From a virus (lineage: Duplodnaviria > Caudoviricetes), in the IMG/VR virus record IMGVR_UViG_3300037193_001172, positions 740 through 64,739 of that record: a DNA stretch of 64,000 nucleotides; one strand, given 5' to 3'. The translations under genes and the position numbers were made by a program. The notes under the pieces were generated by a model. That model made no database searches. It was not told the origin of the DNA and saw only the letters and a program-made list of their open reading frames with translations. This document shows, piece by piece, positions 1-11,363 of this stretch; the stretch's first letter is position 1; each line of letters starts with the position of its first letter.

Positions 1-112
1 TCCACCTGACGGAAGTCACTAGCGACGGCAGCCTGCGCATCGGCTGCCACCTGATCCAAGTCTCCGAAGTCGAGCGTATGGCGGCGATCCTCTTCCCCGA
101 GCAGGCCGCAGC

Positions 113-3100
113 ATGAGCGCGCTCCGTGACCTGGAAGAATGCCTAGCGTTCGCCGCCGACTGCGGCGACGCGGGCAGCACCGACGCCGCACAAGCGGCGC
201 TCGCCAACGTGCGCGAGCTGGTAGCGGATTTGTGGAACACGGTAGCAACAGCGCGGCACACCGGAGAGCCTATCGACCCGGAACGAATCGCCGCTGCCCT
301 GGAGCCGTTCAAGTGAGCGCGGCCGAGCTGCAAGCGGCCATCGACGCACTGCGCCGGCTGGTGGACGAGCTGGCGCGGACTAACCACGAGCTGCGGGAGC
401 AAATCGCATGAGCACGCAAGGACTCATGCCGGGCGAGTGCGACCGCTTCGACATCGCCAGCGCGCACGCGGCGTTCTCCGACTGGTGGAATCGTGACGGT
501 ATCACCGCGCGCGACACGGATTCCAAACGTCGCGGGCAGTCTGCAAGCTGCCAGCTGCACGCTATCAAGTATCGCTACGGCGTCGGCTCCTACTTCGAGC
601 CGAACAGCGCAGCCGCGATGATTTACTGCGAGCTGGTGCGCCGCTATCACCCCGAAGCTTACGACGCCGTGTGCGCCGAGCACTGCCCCCAGGAGCAAAT
701 CGCATGAGCTTCTTTGTCCCCAGCACCGCCACCGGCAAGACGTGGCAGGTGTATGCAACCAAGACCACCACCGGCTATGTCATCGGCGGCGCCATCGAAG
801 GCGAGCGCGACGGCGAAGTGTTCTCGTTCGAGCTGCTCGGCAGCCGGTCGCTGCGCATGACCACCCAGGCCAAGCGCGCCACGCCGAAGGCCAACGCCGC
901 CGCCATCCGGCTGGCGTTGTCCGAGCTGGTCGAGCGCGGCTATGTCACGGCGCAAGACGCAGCGAGCGTGCCGGTATGAGCGAGACATACGCCCGCATCC
1001 CGGCCAAGTTCTACGACGCCCACGCCGCCAGACACACCGCACCGAAGGCACTTGGCCGGCTGCATCGCGTCGTGCTTGTGGACGCGAACGACCCGCTGTT
1101 GCCCGAGCTGCTGACCGCCGCGCTGGCGTCCGCGGCCAAGGGCGACGAGTCAGCGAAGCGCACCGTGCAAGCTATCAAGGAAGCCACGTCATGAACATCA
1201 CGCAAGCGCTCACCAAGGTTCGCCGGATACTTGGCCCGAAGGCCACGATCCGGGAGAACCGGAACGCCCCTGTCGGCGACGCGCGCACCGCTGCGCTCGA
1301 AGCGGCAAAAGCGGCACGACAGGCCCGCGAGGACGCGCAGCGGCGCATGCACGAGCGCACCGATGCGCTCCAGAAGGCCGACCCTGAGTACCAGCAGGCA
1401 TTCGCCGACTGGAAGGCCGCGGGCGCCGCACTGCGCCGTGAGCCTGGCCCGACCGAGCGCCGCTACTCCGCCGGGCTGCCGATCGACATCGGCTTCGGCC
1501 CTGGGTTGAGCGTCAAGGCGCAGGCCGACACGCTCGCCGAGCTGGTGGCCGAGACCGAGCGGAGATACAAGCTGTGAGCCGCCGCGGTATCAACCCCTGC
1601 CTCATCTGCGAGACGCCGACCGAAGGCCCGAAGGGCAGCGTGGTGTGCGCCGAGTGCAAGCGCAAGGTGCGCGACTACGACGAGCTGCGTGCGCGCTCGC
1701 TGCAAGGCCGACTGTGCGTCACGCTGCGGCGCTGGCCGTACGTGCCGAGCGGACACGGCAACGACAACGGCCGCAAGGCCCTGGAGACGCTGCTGCGCGA
1801 GCTGCGCACCGCCCTGGACAAGCCGGCCGAGCACGGCGCGTCGCACTACCTGTATGCCGAAGGGGAACGCGCACGCACGGCCAAGGAAGCAGGGATCGAG
1901 CCGCGCTACAAGCCCATGAACCACTGGTACGACAACCCGGCCAACTACAACGTGCCGGCCGAGCTCGCGCAGTTCTTCCTGGACCTGGAGCCGCTGATCG
2001 TGCTCGCGCTCAACGAGGCCGAGGCCGACGGCAAGCGCGACGGATCTCACCTGCTGTCGCAGCTGGCTGCGGGCAAAATCACAACCGAAGAATTCGAGAG
2101 AAGGTCAGGGCTATGAGCCGCCACTTCCAACGCGGCTCCGGCTGCTTCACCTGTGACGTGTGCGGCCGCAAGACCCGCATGACGACGCAGGCCATCTGCT
2201 CCAAGCTCTGCGGCGACTGCTACGAGCTGGCCGGCATCTACAACGTGTTCCAGGACGGCGGCGACGTGACCGAGTATGCCAGCGCCATCCGTGCGCACAC
2301 GGCCAACATCACGGCACACGGCGGCACGCTCGATGAGGCTGCGGCCAAGCTGCTGGAGCTGATCGGCGGCAACACTTCCACACCAACCGAGGACTGACAA
2401 TGGACGCGAACCTGTTTGCCGAGTGGCACCCCGAGACTGTGTTGGTAGGCATCAGCCTGCCGCAAAACTATGCTGCGGGCGGCACCACGAAGGACTACCA
2501 CTACAAGGCGCTGCGCTCGCAGAACATCGCCGTCGGTGATCGCATCGTGGTCGACACCAGCGGCAAGCTGTGCGTGCAGACCGTGACCAAAGTCACCGAT
2601 GCGGTGAACATGCCGGCTCACATCAAATACAAGTGGGTGATCCAGCGCGTGGACACCACCGTGCACGACGATATCGTGGAGCGCGAGCGCAAGTTCAACG
2701 AGCAGCTGCTGGCGATGGAACGTGCCACGAAGAAGGAGCAGGTGCGCGCGCAGATCGAGGCCAAGGTCGGCGCGGAGGGGCTGGCGAAGCTGACGGCCCT
2801 GCTGCAATGAAGCTCTCCGAATTGATCGCTGCCGTCGGCGACGAGTATGTGCAGTTCCAGAGACTGGACGAGACACTGCTCAACGCCGACAGCACCAAGA
2901 ACGGCACGAAGATCACGTTCGTGACCCAGGCACTGAACCCTGGTCACGTGCTCACGGGAACCGGACCGGTTGGTCTCGTGGTGTGGCTGCCACGGGACAA
3001 GCTGGCCGAGGCGCTGAAGAAGTGACACCCACAACCAAGGAGTAAGCCATGAGTTTCTGGAACTACAGCAACATGCAGGAATATCAGCAGGCAGCGAAGC

Positions 3101-6100
3101 GCCGACGGATGAATCGAGTGAAGCGTGCGCGCAAGCTCAAGCGCAACCCGGCTCCGGTCGAGGCCAAGCCCGGCACGCGACCGCTGAGCAAGATGAGCGA
3201 CCTGCACCCGGTACGGCGTTACGAACCGGGCGACCCGCGGCGCGACAACTACAACCGGCGGCTCTTCGTATGAGCTTCGCCGTCGGGCAAACCGTCGTGT
3301 ACGCGCCGAACGACAAGCGCGCGAGCGCCAGCGACTTGACCATCACCGCGGTCGGCCGCAAGTGGGTGACGCTGAGCAACCAGCTGCGCTTCGACCGGGC
3401 GACATTGCTTATCGACGACCGCCCCTTCTCGTCTCCTGGGCGCATCTACCGGTCGCGCGACGAGTACAACACCGCCGTTGCCATCAAGGATGCGTGGGTC
3501 GGGCTGGTGCGAGCGCTGGGCTACGAGCCGGTCGCTGGCGTCACCCTGGCCGACCTCAAGGCAGCACGCAAACTGTTGAGGGTATGAGCATGCGCCGCGC
3601 GACCGTCTTCTTCGTGGACACCAAGAACCTGTGCATGGGCCAGGAGGAAGTCGACATCGAGTGGACAGGCATGTGCTACCAGATTCCGACTGGCTGCCTA
3701 GGTGCGCTCAAGGACTCCAAGCACAAGGTCAACAACGTGTGTTACGAGAGCATCGACGAAGCACACGAGGCTGTGGTCAAGTTCCTGCTCAAGCGGGATC
3801 GTGCGCTGATCCGCGAACACCGCCGCATCAAGAAAGCCATCACCACCTACTGCGGCTCCTACAAACCAGGGATGAAAGCATGAGAACCGACGACGAAATC
3901 CTGGCACGCATCAAGGCTCGCGAGCGCGAAGACTTCTTCGGCTTCGAGCGCAACGATCTCATCATTCGGCTGCCGTTCGACAAGGCGCAACCGTTCCTGT
4001 TGGAGAACGCAAAAGCAGACATGTGGACCCAGGCGCCCCGTGACCGGGAGAGTGTGCTCGCTGAAATGCGCGAGTACATGCCGTTCGCCTGGGAGAAGGC
4101 CAACGACTGTCGCGGCCTGTCTGCTGGCCGCACGATGCACCACTACATGGCGTGGATCTGGCTCATCGGTGACGACATGGGCGACCTGACACGCTACGAG
4201 TTCTACGGCAAGGAAAACCTGCTGCGGATCTGCGAGAAGTACGGCTTCGAGTCGCACGACGACGGCGTACGCACCAATGGGTAGCATCCGAGTCATGGAA
4301 GTGCTCGCCGACGAGAAGAAGCTCACCGTCTCGTTCGTGCGCTACGGCAGCGACGACGCCACCATCCGGCGCTTCAATCGGCTGGTGCGCTCGGTGCAGA
4401 AGTCGATGAAGAAGTTTGGCAACGTCGATGTGAAGGTGAAGGACATCGACTGGCCGAAGTACGAGGACGATGGCCGTGTCGCACCGCTTGACCCTAAGTA
4501 ACCTGCATGCGGCGTTTGCCTTGTTGGCAACGCTGAAAGACAGCCCTGTCTTGGCCCAGGACGAACGGGAGGTAGTGATTCGTGCGCGGCCTGAGTACCT
4601 GGAGCCGCCACCGCTGGTGTACTCGCCGCGCGACTATCACAACGACACGTGGCGTCGCGACTACAAACGCCACAACAAGCCGAGGCGCAAGTGACCACTA
4701 CCTACTGGCTCATCCCGTGGCTCGGACGATGGCAATGGATGGTCGTCGAGCTCTCGCCCAATCACTTCGAGGCTGCCAATGACCCCTGACTTCGACGCGC
4801 TGCGAAAGGAGCGCAACGACAAGCGCAAGGCGTGGGAAGAGCAGATGCGCGCCGAAGGATTCGTCCCTCTCGGCAGCGGCTGCGCCTACAACCGCGATGA
4901 CGCCTGCTACTGCGCATGCAGCAGCGGCGGACCGTGCGAGCACAACTGGAACGGCGAGTGGCAGACGTTCGCTGACGGACTCGGGTCGAGCGTGACGTGC
5001 TCACGCTGCGGCATGCTCGCTTACTCTCACAGCTTGAGGATCGACGAGTGAACTACAAACTGCAACTCACCGCTGCCGAAGCCGAGATCGTGCGCACGGC
5101 GCTGCTGCACTACAGCAACTTCGCGTATCAGAGGGCTGGCTACATCGCACAGAAGGGCGTAAAGCGTGCCGACGGGACATCGTACAGCGCTGCCGACGTG
5201 AGAGCCGCGCAGGACGCTGCAATGCAAGCCAACCTGATCCGCAGCAAGATCGTGCCGATGGACCTGGAGGACGTGAAGATCGTCCCGCCTGGCCTGCCGC
5301 CGCTGCCGCTGCCCCGCTTCCACGGAACCGGCCCCGAGCAAGGTAGCTTCTGCGCGTTCCAGATGATCGACTACGCCAGCGCCGCCGTCGCGCACCTGCA
5401 AGCGCAGCTCAAGCTGTCCGAGGAAAACTTCAGACACATGCACGCATGCGCGAAGAGCTGGATGGAGCGCAGCGACGCCAACCGTGAGCGAGCACAAGCA
5501 GCAGACTCGTACGAGAAGGCCATCGACAACTTGCGGCAGCGCCTGACGCACGCCGAGCAAGTCAAGGATAAGCTGCTCAACACGCTGGTCGGCATCCACA
5601 TGCTGCTCGATCCACCGGTGCTGACCCTGGGCAGCGTGGCCTACCGCTTCAAGAATCCGATGGCGGCCGAAGTGCTGCACGAGCTGTCGAACCGCATCCG
5701 TGCGATCCCGGACGCCATCGCCGAGGCCAAGCAATGAGCGACCAGGCATTCCGGCTTTGCGCCACCCTGTTCCTGATCCTCACGGTGGGCTGCATCCTGC
5801 TCGGCCGGTTCACCGCTGTGCTCCGGCTGGAAGCGGCACAGCTGCGAGCCGCAGAAGCACACTGCGCCAACAACGACGGCATCGTCCGCATCTGGGCTCG
5901 CACCAACGGCACGGTCACTGTCGAGTGCAACAACGGCATGAAAACTGACGTGAAGGAACCGCAATGAACCGAGAGCAAGCCATCGCTGCCAAGCTATCCG
6001 TCGAGCAGTTCTCTGGCGTCGAGACGCCGCTGATCCTGGAGATCGTCAAGGCGACGGTTGCCATGCTCGCCGACGTGCCTCCGACAGCGGCACTGGAGCA

Positions 6101-7103
6101 CGCCGCACGTGTCGTCTGCGAGGAAGCAGAAGAGGATTGGGACCGCCTCTCTGCTTTCGAGCGCGAGGTACTGATCGAGACGCAACGGAAGGCGCAGGCC
6201 CCGCTGGTCGCAGAGATCAAGCGGCTGGAGAGCATCATCGAAACCGATCGAGCCGCCGCACCGGACCTGATCTTCATGCGCATGCTTGGCGCTATCCTGC
6301 TCGGCCAAGGGCGCCGGATCGAAGTTCTGGCGAGCGACGTGCTGGAAGTCTCGGTGCCCCAGCGTAACGTGACGTACAACATCACCGTCGAAGAGCGGCA
6401 GCAGCAGCACATGTTCATCGTGCGCCTGGTGGAGACTCGGACATGAATAAGCCTGAAGGTTTTTACTCCACGTTCCGATTGGAATCCGAGGCGATCGACA
6501 ACAGCACCGTCGCCACGGAAATCGGGAGGCAAGACCAAGGTGCCAGCAGCGCTGCCGCTGCGCTAAAGTGCGAGCGCGAATGCCACCTGTCGCAGCTGAA
6601 GGCGAACGAAGAGAGCGACCACGACGGCATCGTGGACATCTGGGAGCTTCGCCACGTCGCCAGCTACCGGATACACGTGCAGCAAAAGCTGGTCGTGGAG
6701 AAGCTGCCGTGAAGCGACTGCGCTGTTACATCGGCCTGCATCACTATGCGTGGGTGTGGTCATCCGCGATGAAAGTCAGCGGCGGGACCATGTGCATCTT
6801 TTGTGGCAAGTCGCCGGGCATCAATCACTACACGCCGGTCATCTTCGTGCAGGATCGCCAAGCGAGAAACAAGTCATGAGCATCCTCAAACGAGAGCGCG
6901 TGGAAGTCTGGGTGACGCGCAAAGGCAAGCCGTCCGGCACGCTGTTCGTCGGCGACCATCACGTGCCGCTGCAAGTCGGGCAGACGATCAACGCTGCACG
7001 ACAGGACTACACCATCAAGCAGATCGACTGGAGCATCGACAACAGCCTCGACGTGATGAACTCGGTGCTGCGTCAGAACGTCTACGTGGAGCCCACCAAA
7101 TGA
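113..7103 (+). other. Cluster of about 25 small, translationally coupled early hypothetical genes (e.g. 113-316, 408-707, 704-979, 976-1194, 1191-1577, 1574-2116, 2113-2397, 2400-2810, 2807-3025, 3049-3273, 3270-3587, 3584-3883, 3880-4284, 4277-4501, 4779-5051, 5048-5737, 5734-5967, 5964-6446, 6443-6712, 6876-7103)
   Basis: Near-continuous tiling of + ORFs through ATGA/GTGA stop-start overlaps; several CxxC zinc-ribbon motifs. Confidence 0.8.
396..709 (+). repeat. Exact 18-bp direct repeat GGAGCAAATCGCATGAGC (396-413 and 692-709) flanking gene 408-707
   Basis: Read directly; each copy holds an RBS plus a stop/start overlap, and both upstream proteins end in EQIA. Confidence 0.9.
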
Positions 7104-7438
7104 AGCACGCACTCAAGATCAAGCTGCTCGTGGCGCTGGCGATCGCACCGACGGTCGACGCCGCCAACTACAAGGTGACGGTACTGAGCGCCGCCGATCA
7201 CACGACGTACTTCTACTCGGGCTGCGAAGTCATCTTCGAGTCGAGCGTGCACCATGCGTTCGAGGCGGGCTGCGAGCAGCGCAAGATCGCCCCGCGTCCG
7301 TTCCAGGTCGACCCGAAGATCACGGACTACGCGCTCAAGATCAACGACCTGTTCTTCTACAACTGCGAGCTGGTCGGTAGCTGGAGCGGCGATCAGCGGG
7401 GCAACCGGATCTTCCACTGCGGAGCGATACTGCCATGA
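7100..7438 (+). CDS. Small secreted protein (112 aa) with signal peptide and two Cys pairs
   Basis: MKHALKIKLLVALAIAPTVDA signal-like N-terminus; ATGA overlaps at both ends. Confidence 0.7.
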   Translation: MKHALKIKLLVALAIAPTVDAANYKVTVLSAADHTTYFYSGCEVIFESSVHHAFEAGCEQRKIAPRPFQVDPKITDYALKINDLFFYNCELVGSWSGDQRGNRIFHCGAILP

Positions 7439-7968
7439 GACTCACCGAAGACATCCGCCACAACATCATCAACGCGGTGCTCGATCACCGCTTCAAGGCC
7501 GATGAAGAGACAGCCGAGGCGGCGATCCAGCGCACGTCGATGCTGCTGTATAACCGGCTGTTCCCAACCGTGGATTACTCTCGTGTTCCCGATGCGTTCC
7601 TGCGATTCGACAACGAAATGGAGGTCTACTGGAAACAGCAGACCTACCAGGACAAGCTGGAGCTAAGGCTGACGGACATGATGCTCGTACCACACAATGG
7701 TGTGTTCTCGGTGTGCGTCTCCGGCATCCCCGAAGGCGTGGCGCTGCGCAGGGCGCATGATGCACGTGACAAGATCGAGAAGGAGCGCAACGCACTGAGG
7801 TTCAAGCTGCGCCAGATCCTGAAGCCAATGCACACGACAGCGCAGCTGAAGAAGAGCTGGCCTGACATCGCCGCGTTCGTGCCGAGCGAACCACCCCCGG
7901 TGAAGCAGAAGGCGCTGACCGTGGTGCCGAAGCAGCTGAGCAAAGAACTGCGGTTGCCGCCGTCATGA
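7435..7968 (+). CDS. Nmad5-like (nucleotide modification associated domain 5) protein
   Basis: MRLTxxIRxxIIxxVL N-terminus and TxxQLxxxWP C-terminal motif typical of this family. Confidence 0.65.
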   Translation: MRLTEDIRHNIINAVLDHRFKADEETAEAAIQRTSMLLYNRLFPTVDYSRVPDAFLRFDNEMEVYWKQQTYQDKLELRLTDMMLVPHNGVFSVCVSGIPEGVALRRAHDARDKIEKERNALRFKLRQILKPMHTTAQLKKSWPDIAAFVPSEPPPVKQKALTVVPKQLSKELRLPPS

Positions 7969-8177
7969 GAATGCACCGCGTCGAGAGCACCAGCATCCGG
8001 TCGGTCGGCTACACCGCGCGATCGCAGACGCTCGGCATCCGCTTCGAGGATGGCTCGCTGTATCACTACAGCGCGGTGCCTCGAAAGGTGTTCGACCGGT
8101 TGCTCCAGGCCCCGTCGAAGGGTAAGTTCGTTTCGCAAAACGTGGTCGACAAGTTCAAGTTCAAGGAGATCACATGA
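7965..8177 (+). CDS. KTSC domain protein
   Basis: VESTSIRSVGY...LxIRFxxGxxYxYxxVP...LLQAPSKGKF signature. Confidence 0.9.
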   Translation: MRMHRVESTSIRSVGYTARSQTLGIRFEDGSLYHYSAVPRKVFDRLLQAPSKGKFVSQNVVDKFKFKEIT

Positions 8178-8689
8178 GCTGGCGACTGCTGGAACCTGGC
8201 GAGACGATCCTCCCTGGCGACGAGTGGTGGAGCATCGAGCATCACAACTGGCGCCCGATCTCCTGGTGCGACAAGGCGAAGCTGGGCGAGGGCGACAACC
8301 CGCATCGCCGTCGTATGCCGGAGCAGGTGACAGTCACCCTCGATAATCTCGACCTGACCGACGACCAGATGAAGGCCATGCTCGTCTGCTCCCCGCCTCT
8401 TCAATCCGGACGCGATGCGCTATGGGAAGCGTTCGGCTTGGGCCGTGCCTCCTGGCTGACGATGCCCCGCGTGTTCATGCACGCCATGCCAGACGCCTGG
8501 CAGACCCGCATGGCCGCACTGATACGCGAGTGGGATGCCGAGTGGAGCTACGACCGGGAGAGCCCGCTGCGCGGCCTGGGCATCCCGATCGTGCTGCAAC
8601 GCAACGGTGGCAAGTTCACCCGCTGGCCGGAGTACGTGCTCAACTACCGCCATCCCGATCGCCATACCATCGAGCGGTGCCGACGGTGA
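8174..8689 (+). CDS. Phage hypothetical protein
   Basis: 171-aa coupled ORF with FGLGRASWLTMPRVFMHAMPxxWQ motif recalled from other phages. Confidence 0.7.
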   Translation: MSWRLLEPGETILPGDEWWSIEHHNWRPISWCDKAKLGEGDNPHRRRMPEQVTVTLDNLDLTDDQMKAMLVCSPPLQSGRDALWEAFGLGRASWLTMPRVFMHAMPDAWQTRMAALIREWDAEWSYDRESPLRGLGIPIVLQRNGGKFTRWPEYVLNYRHPDRHTIERCRR

Positions 8690-8813
8690 TCGAGCCTGAC
8701 CGCCTCGACGCGATCGAGAAGCAGAACTTCGCGTTTGGCATGACCATCGCGGAGAAGAACGAGCTGGTGCGTGCGTACCGGCAACTGCACTTTACTCCCA
8801 AGGAGACCGAAGC

Positions 8814-9308
8814 ATGCCCGCCCCCCGACCAGCTGTGATCGACTTCAGCCTGTGCTTCAAGCCGCTGCCGTCACTCGTGTTCGACGCCGATGGCGTTGCT
8901 CACTTCACCTACGGCGCCGCCGTGCCCGATGCTCCGGCCGAGAGCGACAGCAACGTGGCAGCCAACACGCGCTTCGTGAAAGCGGCGCGTCTGCCGGCGA
9001 TCCTGCCCGCCGTGTTCGATGCTCCTGTTGCAACGGACCAGCGCTGGCTCGTCGTGCCGTTCGCCGGTACGGTAACGGAAGTCACCATGCTGGCCGATGC
9101 CGTTGGCACCGTGGCCTTCAGCGTGTTCAAGGCGGCGTTCGCCGACTACCCGACAGGCACGCTCGCCGAAACCTTCCTGCTCGATGACTCGAACAAGAAC
9201 CAGGTCACTTCAGCCATTGAAGTGGCCGCTGGCGACATCCTCATCGTCGAGCTCGACTCGGCAACGGCGCTCGATCAGTTCGCCGCCTACCTCAAGGTGC
9301 AACCGTGA
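8814..9308 (+). CDS. Beta-rich protein resembling a fibre/virion C-terminal domain
   Basis: RBS AAGGAG; VPFAGTVTEVTMLAD...AAGDIL pattern recalled from fibre-tip jelly-roll domains. Confidence 0.55.
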   Translation: MPAPRPAVIDFSLCFKPLPSLVFDADGVAHFTYGAAVPDAPAESDSNVAANTRFVKAARLPAILPAVFDAPVATDQRWLVVPFAGTVTEVTMLADAVGTVAFSVFKAAFADYPTGTLAETFLLDDSNKNQVTSAIEVAAGDILIVELDSATALDQFAAYLKVQP

Positions 9309-10204
9309 TCGGCTTCCTCGTGTTGCTGTGCGGCTTCGGTAGCACCTACCAGCCGGCGTCGCAGGCCACGGTCGCGGCGCTCTACGGCAGCGAGATCCGA
9401 CCGTACTGGTCGTACCAGTCGGCCAACCGCTTCACGCCGGCCTTCGACGTGCGCGACTGGCAGATCATCCAGGCGCAGACACAAGGCGAGTGGGTCAAGG
9501 CGGTGAACGATTGCGTGGCGGCGCACAACCCGCCGCTGGCCTCTGGCTACATCATCCAGGGCAGCCAGAACCTGCTCGACTACAGCGTGGCGCTGCCCGA
9601 CATGCCGCTGCTCATCCAGGGCCAGCCGGTGCGCCTGCCGGTGGCGGTGATGCGCTCGACCGACATCATCAACCCGGCGTCGATCGCGCACGAAATGGGG
9701 CACATGCTCTGGCTCGGGCACACCAACAACAACGACGGCGACACCGACACCTACGACAACCCGTGGGATCTGATGTCTGGCGCGTTCACCTACGCAGTGC
9801 AGTACGGCCGCACGTGGACGTGGAAGCCCAAGAGCCTGGCCGCCGTGCATCGGCATCAGCTCGGCTGGATCGATCACGTCACTACGCTGACGGAAGGCAC
9901 GCATCGCGTCGGGCTCATGCCGGTCGGCGTGTACGGCACGCAGCTGATCCAGGCCGGCGAGTACAGCCTCGAAGCCAAGCGCCGGTACGGCGGCGACGCT
10001 GCGCTGCCGGACGAGGGCGTCGTCGTCTACAAGGGCGTGCTGTTGCAGGACATCACCGACTACTCCAGCGGCTCGGACTCGGTGCTGACCCCCGGCGAGA
10101 CCGGCGTGTACGGGAACGTCACCATCACCGTGCACAGCCTGTACGACCTCACGGTGACTGTCTCCAACAACCTGTTCAACAGCGGCTTCGAGGAATCCCA
10201 ATGA
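9305..10204 (+). CDS. Secreted metzincin zinc metalloprotease (M6/M11-like)
   Basis: Hydrophobic N-terminus; HEMGHMLWLGH (HExxHxxxxxH); Met-turn YDNPWDLMSG; C-terminus LFNSGFEESQ. Confidence 0.85.
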   Translation: MIGFLVLLCGFGSTYQPASQATVAALYGSEIRPYWSYQSANRFTPAFDVRDWQIIQAQTQGEWVKAVNDCVAAHNPPLASGYIIQGSQNLLDYSVALPDMPLLIQGQPVRLPVAVMRSTDIINPASIAHEMGHMLWLGHTNNNDGDTDTYDNPWDLMSGAFTYAVQYGRTWTWKPKSLAAVHRHQLGWIDHVTTLTEGTHRVGLMPVGVYGTQLIQAGEYSLEAKRRYGGDAALPDEGVVVYKGVLLQDITDYSSGSDSVLTPGETGVYGNVTITVHSLYDLTVTVSNNLFNSGFEESQ

Positions 10205-10473
10205 GCATTGCACAGACCATCGCTTCCAACCTGCCGGCGATCCTGCAAGCCGCAGCCCCCATCGTCGCTTCGCTTGGCGCCGTGGCAATCGCGTGGATTG
10301 CCCGGCGTGATGCGAAGAAGGCGACTGCCGACGTGGCGCAGACCAAGGCCGCCACCAACCGGCTGATCGACGTGAGCCATGCGCTCTACAACAAGACGTA
10401 CAACGTCCGTCCGTTGAGCAAGGCGAGCGAACCGGTCAAGCCCTTCCCCACCATCCCGGAGAAACTGCAATGA
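10201..10473 (+). CDS. Small membrane protein (90 aa)
   Basis: Hydrophobic helix AILQAAAPIVASLGAVAIAWIA followed by RR. Confidence 0.7.
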   Translation: MSIAQTIASNLPAILQAAAPIVASLGAVAIAWIARRDAKKATADVAQTKAATNRLIDVSHALYNKTYNVRPLSKASEPVKPFPTIPEKLQ

Positions 10474-10882
10474 GCAAGCGCCACATCGCCTACAAGTCCC
10501 CGTACTGGGCCATCGTCTGCCCGAAGACCAAGCGCCCGCTGCGGAACATGCACGACGACCTGATGATCTATCCCACACGCAAGGAGGCGATGGAAGTGCT
10601 GAAGGGCTACCCGAGCGTCGCACTGCTGGCTCGTCTCTCGATCACCGGAGAGCTGGTGTGAGTCGAAAGCCCTGGCTGGTAGCGTCGGACGAGGCGGTGC
10701 GCGATCGCGTGCGCCGCCTCCCGTCCAATCCGATCACGCGCGAGGCCAAGCGCCTCGTGCGTGAGGACAACGACACGCTCGGGGCGATGAAGTGGCTGCA
10801 CGAGCGCAACCTGGTCACGGCCGAGCACGTGGCAGCGCACGAGCGCTGGCTCCAGCAGCAGAGCGGAGAGGATCTGGCCTGA
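10470..10882 (+). CDS. Two small hypothetical proteins (10470-10661, 10658-10882)
   Basis: Coupled ORFs with stop/start overlaps. Confidence 0.65.
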
Positions 10883-11286
10883 TGAACGCCACTACCGGTA
10901 GGCGGTACAAGGTGCAGCGCGTGCTGCACAAGCCCTTGACACCGTACGAGCGCGTCATGGCGAAGACCCAGCGCGAGGGCGACTGCTTGCTCTTCACCGG
11001 AGCAGGCAGTGGCTGCCGCTCGCCGGAGGGCGAGGATCACGGTAAGGTGCGCGTCCGGGAGAACGGTCGCAGCAAGACCCGGTTCGCGCACCGTATCGTG
11101 TACATCCACCATCATGGCGAGCCGCCCGAGGGGCTGGTCGTTCGACACCGGTGCCACCGCCGCCGGTGCGTGAACATCGAGCACCTGGTTCTCGGCACCG
11201 AGAGCGAGAACATGCAGGACATGATGGAAGCTGGCCGCGGCAAGGGCCAGTTCGGTTCAGCCTCAGATGATGACTGCCCCTTCTAG
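10882..11286 (+). CDS. HNH endonuclease (HNH_3 type)
   Basis: AHRIVY...VVRHRCHRRRCVNIEHLVLGTESENMQD. Confidence 0.9.
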   Translation: MNATTGRRYKVQRVLHKPLTPYERVMAKTQREGDCLLFTGAGSGCRSPEGEDHGKVRVRENGRSKTRFAHRIVYIHHHGEPPEGLVVRHRCHRRRCVNIEHLVLGTESENMQDMMEAGRGKGQFGSASDDDCPF

Positions 11287-11304
11287 TTGCACTGCATAAC
11301 CCCT

Positions 11305-11335
11305 GCTTGACACGTGTGTGCCTACTAGGCACACT
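11305..11335 (+). promoter_or_regulatory. Putative sigma70-type promoter with embedded palindromic operator (copy 1)
   Basis: TTGACA (11307-11312)-17 nt-CACACT; palindrome GTGTGCCT-act-AGGCACAC at 11316-11334. Confidence 0.75.
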
Positions 11336-11363
11336 GACTTCCCCTCTCTACCCGGACTTGACC

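Noticed and set aside
7435-7968. DNA hypermodification system implied by Nmad5
   Set aside because: No modification enzymes were recognised anywhere in the window
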